From: Lama guanicoe
Lineage: Eukaryota
Assembly: GCA_013239625.1 (NCBI GenBank)
Contig: MU056050.1
Span: 1,784,084 to 1,848,083 of the forward strand
DNA: 64,000 nucleotides
Direction: 5' to 3'
Position 1 is the stretch's first letter, and every line of letters starts with the position of its first letter. A program made the translations under genes and the position numbers. The notes beneath the pieces are model-generated. The model had not been told where the DNA came from. It saw only the letters and a list, made by a program, of their open reading frames with translations, and did no database searches. This document shows, piece after piece, positions 11,713-22,379 of this stretch.

Positions 11713-13734
11713 TTAAGGATACACTAAAGAGAAGTATCTAACTCTATACTGAAAGGCAGAGAGTTACGGGGGAGTGCTAAGAAATGCTTCCTGGGAGAAA
11801 TCACCTTTTAAGATCTTCAGAATCAGAGGAACTAGGCTAAAGGGAGGTATTCATTTCAGCATAAAGGAAGAAGAAAAGACAAAGTATTGTTTGGATGTTT
11901 GGATGGTGATGGAGAAGGAAGTTTAAGCAGCAGATTTTATGCACAAGCTGGTATGAAATACCCCAAAGGAGGGATAAGGAATGATGAGCATGGTTGGGCC
12001 TGGAAACAAGCATGACTCTAGCCATGTTGTCAAGTGTCAGAGCTTATTTAGAGCAGAGTTGAATCAAGACTCTTCTCTGACACATCTTTTTGTGTGCTTC
12101 TACTGTACATGACTCAAGCCCCAAATTAACCCTCAAATTAACTGATGCTTCTATTGAACTGAGAAGGACCTTGAAAACAGCCCCGTGACACACAGCTCAG
12201 AAAGCTATAGATACCTGTGGGCCCTCCTCTGCTCTTCTCTACCCCATCTCCACCCAACTTAGGGGAAAAAAATAACCAGTTATAAATTGGTGAGTTGAAG
12301 AGCCAAGAATAGGTGCAATAAAATATGTTGCTTTTGAAGATTGATTTTGTGCTTATTTGTGAGGAAGAAGCAGCTTTGGTTTTATTATGAAGCCCTGCAA
12401 TTGATTAGACAGAGTGAAGACTCATCATTTTTTCCCAGTATTTTTACTAAAATGAGTAGACGTTTTGTTTTTCACAAGATTATTATGCAATTGCACAGCA
12501 TATTTTTTCCACCCCTCTGTTTTAGAAGGTTTTTCCCGCAGGCAGGTCTGTTACATAACCCTAACCCTGGCCCCATATAATTGATCATGTCACCGAGGTA
12601 CTAACTCATTGTCCTCTAAGCAAGCACGTGAAATGCCATCCCTGAAAACTGGGGCCTGTTCTCAAGATACTATTAGGAGTTCCATCATTCATCCTCTGGC
12701 CATGATAACGATACCCTTTGAAAAGTCACGTCTGAATAGATCATTTTTCCCTCTCCACTCATGTTCAGGGAGGAAAAAGGCTGGCCAAAGTCCTCCAATA
12801 CTTTATATGGAGAGTAAGTGGTAACTGATAGAAACACAAATAAAAGCTTCAGGAAGTGAAATTCATGTACATGTATGTGTATGTGAGTCTGTGTGTTTAG
12901 AAAGGGGGGAGGGAAAAAGCAAACCCTATATAAAAGCCTTTAAATCCTTTACCTAAATCACAAGGCAGAGGGACTGCTTTAGCCAGGTCATGTTTTTTAC
13001 TGTAAAGAAAAGGAACATCCCGCCATATATGCAGTATGTTGAGTATGTTGGACACCAAAATAGCAGTGTGAACTTGATCAAGTTAATTAACTTTCCTGGG
13101 CTTCAGTTTCTTCATCTATTAAAAAAAAAAGTGAAGAGAGAACACAGAAAGGCTCTTCCAGTTGTGGTTTCAGATTGGAGTTACTCCATATTAATGAGAG
13201 ATGAGGCCAAGGCACAGAATACTTACAATGGCTCTCCTGACCCAGTCTGCAGCATAGGCCCAGAGAACCACCTTAGTTACTATAGTTGGCTTCAGGGCTG
13301 CTGCAATGCCCAAGCCCACCTCTGGGGAGTAACATGTATACAGAGGTCTGGATGGGTTTCTAGTCTTTGTTTTATTCTTTAGCCACAGGTTGTTAAAGTA
13401 CCCCTACCAACTGCCCCACAAAGCATATTCTTGGCCACAGAAGAACCAGGTGAAAAGGTGGGCTATGGGATAGAGGTCCAACTCCAAGCACTGGTCTCTG
13501 ACTCCTTGAGCCTACAATGAACACCTTTCTCCTAAATACCTCCCATAGCATTCATCTCTCTAGCACTCTTTTGTATTACATTTTTTCATGTGTATTTCTG
13601 AACGTGTATGTGTGAGAGACAGAGAGAGACAGAAAAAAACAGAGAGATAGTGTGTTATCTCCCCAGTCACTCTCTAAACCCTTTGAGAGCACAGACTATG
13701 GCATTTACCTCTTTCCTCTGAGTGAAAATATGGA

Positions 13735-14370
13735 ATACTGCTTAAGCATGCTGGTTCTGAAGCAAGGTCCTTGACTTCAAATCTCAGCCACATCACTTAG
13801 ACAATGCAGGAGATTTAACAAGTTTCTATCTCTCTGAGCCTCCACTTCCTGATCTGCAAAATTGGGATAATAATAATTTGTACCTCTGCTATGGACTAAA
13901 TATTTGTGTCCCCTCCCCCCAAATTCATATGTTAAAATCCTAACCTCAATCTGATGGTATTAGGACCTAGGGTCTTTAGGAGGTGATTAGATTCTGAGGG
14001 TGGAGCCCTCATGAAAGGGATTAGTCCTTATAAAAGAGAAACTAGAGAGCCTCCTCACCCCTTCCACCATATGAGGACACAGTGAGAAGATGGCCATCTA
14101 TGAACCAGGAAACAGGACCTCACTAGACACTGAATCTGCTGGTCCCTTGCTCTTGAATTTCTCAGACTCCAGAACTGTGAGAAATAAATTTCTGCTGTTT
14201 ATATGTTACCCAGTGTGTTGTATTTTTGTTACAGCAATCCAAACTGACTAAGACAACCTCATAAGGATCTTGTAAAGATTATATGAGTTAATAGACATAA
14301 AGCACTTAGATCATCACCTGGCACATAGTAAGCACTTAATAAATGTTAGCTGCTATAATTAGCATCATAA
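13735..14370 (+). mobile_element. MIR SINE split by an MLT1A LTR
   Basis: The MIR core 'tctctgagcctccacttcctgatctgcaaaattgggataataataatttgtacctc' resumes after the LTR as 'acctcataaggatcttgtaaagattatatgag'. Confidence 0.8.
13887..14255 (+). mobile_element. ERVL-MaLR solo LTR (MLT1A/MLT1A0-like)
   Basis: TG...CA termini (tgctatggactaaatatttgtgtcccc...gactaagaca) and a perfect 5-bp TSD acctc (13882-13886 / 14256-14260). Confidence 0.93.
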
Positions 14371-14545
14371 TTATTATCCGAAGACTCAGAGAAAATGCAA
14401 ACCAAGCGTGGGCTAGAAGTGACTGGGCCAATCTATCACATATATTTTATTATTTTATGATTTATTTAAAAGATTACAACATGTTTATCCAAAGAATTTC
14501 AAACAATGCAGATACCTAAAAAGTAAACAGGGAGAGAGACAAGGC

Positions 14546-14556
14546 CAAGATGGCGG
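14546..14556 (+). promoter_or_regulatory. YY1-type motif at the L1 5' end (internal promoter)
   Basis: CAAGATGGCGG lies about 12 nt into the element, the usual position of the YY1 site in mammalian L1s. Confidence 0.75.
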
Positions 14557-14794
14557 AGTAGTAGGACGCTCGTAGCTCACCCTCTCCCACAGATACACTA
14601 ACACTCACATCCATAGACTCAATCAGCCAACCAGAGCACCTGTGGAACTCCGATAGAACATTGTCCTCTTCAAAAGACAAAGACGCCAAAATTCTGTTTT
14701 ATTCCTACATAGGCATTAGATAGATAAATAAATAAACTCCTTTAAGGACCACAATAGATAACTGATACTCCGTAAGCCACAGTGCCAGAGAGAG

Positions 14795-15523
14795 ATGAGC
14801 AAGATGAAGAAGCAGAGGAACCACTCCCAATTAAAAGAACAAGAGAAATCCCCTGAAAGCATGATCAAGGAAATAGACATCAATAGCCTACTAGATCAAG
14901 ATTTTGAAAAAGGAGTGATCAAAGTATTGAAGGAACTAAAAGAGATAGTGTTTAGAGATATAAAATATGTCAAAAATGAAATCGAAGCTATAAAGAAGAG
15001 CCAAGTAGAATTGGTAAACTCATTGGCTGAGATGAGAACAGATCTAAAGGCTGTGCAAAGCAGACTAGATAATGCAGAGGAACGAATTAGTGACCTAGAA
15101 GACAGGACAACAGAAAGCACCCAATCAGAACAACTGCAAGATAAACAAATAAAAACAAATGAAAGCAACATAAGGGACCTATGGGATAATATAAAGCATG
15201 CCAATCTTCGCATAATAGGGGTCCCAGAAGGGGAAGAAAGATCAAAGGGGATTGAAAAGGTTTTTGAAGAAATCATGACTGAAAACTTCCCAAACTTAAA
15301 GAAGGAATCAGATATCCAAGTACAGGAAGTTCAAAGGGTCCCAAAAAGGAAGAACCCAAACAGACCCACACCAAGACATATCATAATCAAGATGGCCAGA
15401 GTCAAGGATAAAGAAATGATCCTAAAGGCAGCAAGAGAAAAGCAAAGAGTGAGTTTAAAAGGGAACCCCCATAAGGCTCTCAGCTGATTTCTCTTACACA
15501 AACACTACAGACCAGAAGGGAGT
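14795..15523 (+). pseudogene. L1 ORF1p (coiled coil plus RRM), frameshifted near 15455 and truncated at 15523
   Basis: 230-aa ORF with 'SRLDNAEERISDLEDR', 'LWDNIKHANLRIIGVPEGEE' and 'PRHIIIKM'. The expected continuation KGTPIRLSADFS..LQ.RRE is present out of frame. Confidence 0.92.
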
Positions 15524-15548
15524 CTACTAAACTACTACTAAACCTACT

Positions 15549-15687
15549 AAACCTCTGGCCAAACTCACAAAGAAGAAAAAAGAGCACAAATTAGCAAAAT
15601 AAGAAAGGAAAATGGAGAAATTACAATAAATAAAATAGAAATACAGAATATCATATGAGAATATTATGAAAAACTATATGGAACCAA
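15549..15687 (+). pseudogene. L1 ORF2 fragment from the region after the endonuclease domain
   Basis: Reads KPLAKLTKKK...QISKIRKENGEITINKIEIQNII*EYYEKLYGT, with a frameshift and a stop. Confidence 0.85.
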
Positions 15688-16371
15688 NNNNNNNNNNNNN
15701 NNNNNNNNNNNNNNNNNNNNNNNNNNNNNNNNNNNNNNNNNNNNNNNNNNNNNNNNNNNNNNNNNNNNNNNNNNNNNNNNNNNNNNNNNNNNNNNNNNNN
15801 NNNNNNNNNNNNNNNNNNNNNNNNNNNNNNNNNNNNNNNNNNNNNNNNNNNNNNNNNNNNNNNNNNNNNNNNNNNNNNNNNNNNNNNNNNNNNNNNNNNN
15901 NNNNNNNNNNNNNNNNNNNNNNNNNNNNNNNNNNNNNNNNNNNNNNNNNNNNNNNNNNNNNNNNNNNNNNNNNNNNNNNNNNNNNNNNNNNNNNNNNNNN
16001 NNNNNNNNNNNNNNNNNNNNNNNNNNNNNNNNNNNNNNNNNNNNNNNNNNNNNNNNNNNNNNNNNNNNNNNNNNNNNNNNNNNNNNNNNNNNNNNNNNNN
16101 NNNNNNNNNNNNNNNNNNNNNNNNNNNNNNNNNNNNNNNNNNNNNNNNNNNNNNNNNNNNNNNNNNNNNNNNNNNNNNNNNNNNNNNNNNNNNNNNNNNN
16201 NNNNNNNNNNNNNNNNNNNNNNNNNNNNNNNNNNNNNNNNNNNNNNNNNNNNNNNNNNNNNNNNNNNNNNNNNNNNNNNNNNNNNNNNNNNNNNNNNNNN
16301 NNNNNNNNNNNNNNNNNNNNNNNNNNNNNNNNNNNNNNNNNNNNNNNNNNNNNNNNNNNNNNNNNNNNNNN
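15688..16371. other. Assembly gap (684 N)
   Basis: Run of N. Confidence 1.
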
Positions 16372-16945
16372 GACATGGAAACAGCCTAAATGTCCATCAA
16401 CAGGTGACTGGATAAAGAAGAAGTGGTATATTTATACAATGGAATACTATTCAGCCATGAAAACCCACAACATAACACCATTTGTAGCGACATGGATGTC
16501 CCTGGAGAATGTCATTCTAAGTGAAGTAAGCCAGAAAGAGAAAGAAAAATATCGTATGAGATCGCTCATATGTGGAATCTAAAACAAAAACAAAAACAAA
16601 AACAAAAACAAACAAAGCATAAATACAAAACAGAAACAGACTCATAGATATAGAATACAAACTTGTGGTTGCCAAGGGGGTGGAGGGTGGGAAGGGATAG
16701 ACAGGATTTCAAAATTGTACAATAGATAAACAAGATTATACTGTATAGCACAGGGAAAGATCTTGTGGTAGCTCACAGAGAAAAAAATGTGACAATGAAT
16801 ATATATATGTTCATGTAAAACTGAAAAATTGTGCTCTACATTGGAATTTGACACATTGTAAAAAGATTATAAATCAATAAAAAATGTTAAAAAATAAAAT
16901 AAAATAAAATAAAATAAAATAAAATAAAATAAAAGTAAACAGGGA

Positions 16946-17520
16946 AAGTGATGCTTCAAGACTCCCCCCAACCAACAGCACTCCTATTTCCATTCCCCAG
17001 GGGCAACTTATCTTTCCAGATGTTTTTCTATACAAATGTAAGTATATACCATCTCTTTACAATTTTACAAAATTAATTTGATATCATACTGTAAACACTG
17101 CACTGAAACTTGCTTTTACATCTCAGCAATGAATCATAGGAATACTTCCATATCCTTGTATCCAAAAGATTTCATTTTTAAATGGCTGCATATTTGATCA
17201 CATGAATGTGCTGTAATGTTTAACCATCCCCCAACTGATAAGCAGTCAGGCTATTACAACCAAGTCTACAATAACCATTCTTTGAATATGTCTCCCAATG
17301 CTCATGGTGGGTATTTCTCTGGGATACATACATAGAAGTGGAATTGCTGGACTGATGTAAAGGTCCATTTCAATATTTTGTAGAAACTACCAAACCATCT
17401 TCCAAAGGGTTGTGCCTATTTCCATTCCCACCAGCAGTGGTCGTAAGTACATGTTCCCCCATCTTCTTCAACACTAAAGACTGTTTATTTTTGTCTATTT
17501 GAATAGCTACAATGATATGG
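16946..17520 (-). mobile_element. Old L1ME-type 3' region (host of the young L1; also about 14450-14518)
   Basis: 'tagaagtggaattgctggac', 'ttccattcccaccagcagtg', 'tttaaatggctgcata'. Confidence 0.7.
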
Positions 17521-17959
17521 TGATATTTGAATGGGAATATTTCCCTGGTTGCTATTGACAGCCCACACTGAAAATCTTGCCAAAGTAAGCCATCACTTTC
17601 TTTGTAAACAGGGATGGCTCTGGTATAGCAGAAGTGTGCTAAAGGGCCTCTTGCCTTATTGATAGTGACAAGAATGTCAGTGCCAACTGGACAGGGTGTC
17701 CCCATGCTGCCGTACTCTTTTGATGGCTATCTCTTTCTTCCAGGCACTGCAATAAGTTTGTTTCCTGAGACATTGTGCACAAACCATTTGTTGAGACTGT
17801 ATATTCTTTGCCTACAGAACTGCATCATGCTTTCAGCGCTGTTTTCTCTTCATTAAGATGATTTTCATGATCTGTGGCTTCTGTCCTTGTATATTTTAGT
17901 CTCTCTTTTCTACTCCAACATAGCTTTTCCACCTAGGGCAAAGGATGGAACTAGCCTTT

Positions 17960-18165
17960 TCAAGCATCTAGTATATGCCAGGAACTGGATCAGACACTTC
18001 ACATATTTTATCGACTGAAGCCTCACAATAACTCTGTGAAGTAGGGAAAGTACTGTTATCATCCTCACTTTATAGATGAGAAAACTGAAACTGAGGCACC
18101 AAGAAGTTAAGTCACTTGCCCAAGGCTGTGTGTCTCCAAAGCCCCTGCTCTTTCCACTGTACCGC
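17960..18165 (-). mobile_element. MIR SINE
   Basis: 'cctcactttatagatgagaaaactga...aagttaagtcacttgcccaagg'. Confidence 0.8.
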
Positions 18166-18641
18166 AGTGCCTTTCAATTTTATGGAAGCATTCATAGTTC
18201 TGCATTGCCAGAGTTCTTACGGAAGAACACCTGAATAGACTCTTTTGTAAAAATGAATTCATCAACCAATTAATTCCCAGTGTGAGCAAAATGCTCTTCT
18301 GTGTTTCTGAAGTTAGAAAGATATTCCAAAGTGTTTCCTCTTTTCACTACAAGGTTTTAGGTTTATTTAGTGAACTTCCTTTGAACTTCGTTCAGGCTCC
18401 TGAGCATTCAATTATGGCCATTTGTCTTGCTGTTTAGGATGCAAGTATCAGTGAGCTCAGGAGGGAAATAATCAATACTAAGGAAGCAACATCAATTGGC
18501 TGCTCGGAAATCCTGTCCCTGTCAAGGTGGAGGTGCTCAGTCAGACTGTGGATTAAAGGAGGTAAAGTCAGTTTTTACCCTCCTGCCTGCCTTTACCTCT
18601 CCCCCAAGTAGCAGAGGTGACATCTCCCTCAGTTATCCTTC

Positions 18642-19012
18642 AGGGATATATTGGGAGTTTGGGATTAATAGACATACACTACCATTGGTGTGTACACCTA
18701 TCAAAATTTATCAAAGTGTACATCTGAAATACGTGTGGTTTACTGCACAGGAACCATACCACAATAAAGGTGGTAAAAAATAAAAGCAAACAAACAAACA
18801 AAAATAGATAAACAACAAGGATCTACTGTATAGCACAGGGAACTATATTCAATTTCTTGTAATGAGCTATAATGGAAAAGAATCTGAAAAAAAATATATA
18901 TATATATGTATAACTGAATCACTTTGCTGTACACCTTCAGTTTCAACTAACATTGTAAATCAACTATACTTCAATAAAAAATAAGAATTAAAAAAATTTT
19001 AAATTTAAAAAA
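18642..19012 (+). mobile_element. L1 3' UTR fragment (cetartiodactyl type) with an internal insertion
   Basis: 'gggagtttgggattaatagacatacactaccat...aaaatagataaacaacaaggatctactgtatagcacagggaactatattc...aaatcaactatacttcaataaaa', homologous to 5530-5735 and 47370-47585. Confidence 0.88.
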
Positions 19013-19819
19013 GAAGACAAGGTTAAAAAAAAAAGTCATGTTTCAGATCTAACCCTTGAATAAAATGTGACTGGGTCTCCCTCAGACATGATGTTAGTGG
19101 ATAAACTACAACTAAGGAACTGACGGCACCTAACGTCTCTCTCAAAAGATGCTGACATTTTAAGAACAAATTTCCAAAGATAACATGCCTTAGCCCACAG
19201 ACAGAAAGTTGTCTAAATTACCTTAGTTTCCTTTATTGTGACTGAGAACAGACACAAACAGAGAGACAGATTGGATAAAGTACAAGTTTATCTAGTCTCT
19301 TCCTGGACCACAGTGCACACGTGCCCACAGAGGGCTGTTCTGCCCCAATGACGTTCAACACTCAGGTGTACAGATTCCTGACAATCACATTCTTTTACAT
19401 GACAAATTACCATTAATATCTTTCTAAACCAAAGGTAGCCAATTCCTCTAGTATTGTTCCTTTGGGTGTTATTAAGGTCTTTCAGTGGTCTGATTTTAAA
19501 TTCCTCTCTGAATCTTACATTCTCAACCTATTAAGATTGTCTCATTGAACCTGCACCGTCCAATAAGCATAGATGTTTGATAGTGAAAAGACACATTAAT
19601 AAATGTACAGGCACATTGGCCTTGGTGATTTATTTCTCTGGAATACTATATATTTTTGTCAAACTAAATATGAATCCACCTTTAAAGTCCAACATAAAAA
19701 GGAATGCTAATTGTTGACTTGGCAGAGCATTTTAGCAATCCTCAAACCATACCAGGTAGGTAATGACCTACTTCACCCAAGGATGTGGCCAGCCCTGGTT
19801 GAATTAACCTGATGAAAAG

Positions 19820-20080
19820 AGAGGTAGCATAGGACAGTGGTTAAGAACATAGTTTCTGAAGTCAGACACATTAGATTCAAATCCTTACTCAGCCAGTTAT
19901 TAGCTATAGAACCCTGAGTAGGCCACATAGTCTCTTTGAGGCTCAGTTTTTCTCCCTTGTAAAATGAGGATAATAATAGCATTTACCTCACAGGGTGGCT
20001 TGTGAGGATAAAATTTTTAAAGAGCATATGTTTAAAGTGCCTGAAATGGAGTAAGCACTCACTCAACAATGGCTATTGAT
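19820..20080 (+). mobile_element. MIR SINE
   Basis: 'gaggtagcataggacagtggttaagaacatagtttctgaagtcagac...ctcagtttttctcccttgtaaaatgaggataataatagcatttacctcacaggg'. Confidence 0.85.
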
Positions 20081-21612
20081 AGTCACAATACCAACTACAA
20101 CAAGAGATAGCTCCCCACATGCTATGTTCTTTGCGCTGAGGACCCAAGGTGGTATGTATGAGTCACAGCCTTGCTCTGGAGCAGTTAATCATCTGTATGC
20201 TCACATCTCAGGTTGCTAAAACCATCTGAAACTTGCTGGTGAAAAGACCTATTAAATCTAAGTCCCCATCTAGAGATGCTTTTGTTGTGTTCTCCTAGCC
20301 CCTGCCACCATAACAAATCTGCCTTGTGTCTTCATATCATAAATGACAGAATCTAGTAAGCCAGGTAGGAGAGAGAAGTCTCTTGCCAAGAGTCACCTTT
20401 CATAGAGCTGCTACTGCTTTTGACCTTTACCTAGTATTTGCTAAAGAGAATCCCCAGGAAGCAAAAAGCTGCTCAAAAACTTCTCTAGTTTTCTAAGAGG
20501 AGGAAGGTGCTACCATTCTCAGGCTGTGCATTAAAAGGCTGCCTAGTGGTCATTAACCATTTCCCCCACTTTACACGAGAGCTGTTCTTGTGGCAGGAGG
20601 TGTAATTCGTGTATTGTCACCCTTGGACACCAACCACCTTCTCTTAGCAGTGAAACTACAAGCAGCAGAGATGAAAGGACCCTTACAGGCTGAGCATGGG
20701 AATATGAAACTAGAGCCTCCTTATTTTGGTAAGTGAGGAAACAGAGGCCCAAAAAGAAGAGTTGACCTCACCCAGTGAATCAGTGGCAAAATCAGGCACA
20801 GAATTCTCATCTCCTGGTTCCCAGTCAAAGCCTTGAGGAGTCCAGCTCCAAACTAAAATCCTATGTTGCTCTTTCAGGCCTGTCCAGAGGCAATCACAAG
20901 GCTTTGCTGGGTAGGCCTCATGGGGAGAAGCTGCTCTCCCCACACTAGGCCTGGTGCACAGTCACTGCATTGCAATTTTCCAGAGTGAGTTACGGTCATG
21001 GACTGAGGCCTTCCATTTCGGGGCAGCCATGCTCATACACCTATCTGCATTCCTAGCCCAAGCACCTCCATTTGGAGGCCTTCTCATTGGGAATTTCGGT
21101 TGAGGCATTTCCCCCGCATTTCCACTGAGATCTCTTGTCAGAAGCATTTTGCTTTGTCTCATTATCTTTGCGCTCCTAGCCCTTCCCTCTCTCCTTATCT
21201 CCAGCCCATAAGTCCATAAAGAGGAAGAAGCCTTTTGTTCAGTGCTTCTCAGCAGTAAGATTATTACCCCCATGTGCACTGCATCCATCTGACCCTTGCT
21301 CGGTGTCATTCTATGGGGGAAAATGGAACACTAGAGAATTGGCTCTACTTTTTCCCTCTTGCTTGTAAGTCAATAACGGCTTGATTATTACTTTTAGTTT
21401 GTCTCAGTGTCCTAATTGAGCACCCCGACATCTGGCAGCTGGAGTCCTTTTTTTAACCCACTGCATGGTTCTCCAGCCTCAGAATGTCAGGGGTTATTTT
21501 AAAGGAAGACTATTTTGTTGTATTTAAAAGTAACTTCATGCAGTATATAGTCTGGGAGATCTAAAAATTAAATATACCGTGTGACCTTATTAATCTGTAG
21601 ATTCCATATTTT

Positions 21613-21770
21613 AGTGGTTCTCAAGCTTTAAATAGCATCAGAATTACATGGAGACCTTTTTAAGATGCATTTCACTGGGCTCTAAACCTACACATTTTGA
21701 TTCAGTAGGTTTGGGATGAGGATCATGAATTTACATTTTGAACAGGATTATAGTTGAGGAAATACTGCAT
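21613..21770. mobile_element. MER5A-like hAT MITE
   Basis: 'agtggttctcaagctttaaatagcatcagaattacatggag...tgattcagtaggtttgggatgagg'. Confidence 0.7.
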
Positions 21771-22379
21771 TAAGGGAAATGGTCTTCAAAATATAACTCT
21801 ACATGGAAAAAAAAACCCTATTACTCTGTACACATACAGACACACACACCCCAAAATAATTTTTCTACCTTGAAACAGCCAGTTAGGTTGAATAGATTCC
21901 CAATTGCCTTTTAAACCAGATATTTGATATCTACCAGGCACTCATTGGAGTTTATTATAACTATTTTCTTTAATAAAATATAAAGCACTATCAGACACAA
22001 TCTGAGACTCTTAGTGATAATTTTTCTAAGGGAAATCTCAATGTCTGGCATGCTGAGAAAGGCAGAATCAATTCAAACCTGCTTGATGTCATATTTCAGT
22101 GGCAGATGCTATCTCTGTATAAAAAAAAAATGGATGGCCACTTCAAGTAAGAGCAGGAAGATCCCAAATGAAACCCAATCTCTTGGGATGCAGGATTAAT
22201 GGGTGACCTTAATTAGGAGTCATTAAGGTCCACAGCCTTAACCTGATCCTACAAGGGAATCACAGACTTCCTTCCCTTCTGATCTCTTTTGAACTCAAGG
22301 CCTCATCTCCAATTACATACACAGATTTGTGGATACTAATCTTCTGCTTTAAACATCCATTGGTCCCTAGAAAGTAAAG

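Larger units (their letters stand above)
14534..16930 (+). mobile_element. Young L1 with both termini, internally deleted, spanning an assembly gap
   Basis: 5' end with 'caagatggcgg', then ORF1, ORF2 fragments, 3' UTR, AATAAA and a (TAAAA)n tail. Perfect 15-bp TSD aaaagtaaacaggga at 14519-14533 and 16931-16945. Confidence 0.95.

Noticed and set aside
12990..13382. 130-aa plus-strand ORF
   Set aside because: Runs through a MIR fragment ('cttcagtttcttcatctattaaaa') and has no recognisable domain or exon structure.
14896..15276. 126-aa minus-strand ORF
   Set aside because: Antisense shadow of L1 ORF1 with no independent support.
15651..16415. 241-aa and 249-aa ORFs
   Set aside because: Artefacts of translating the N gap.
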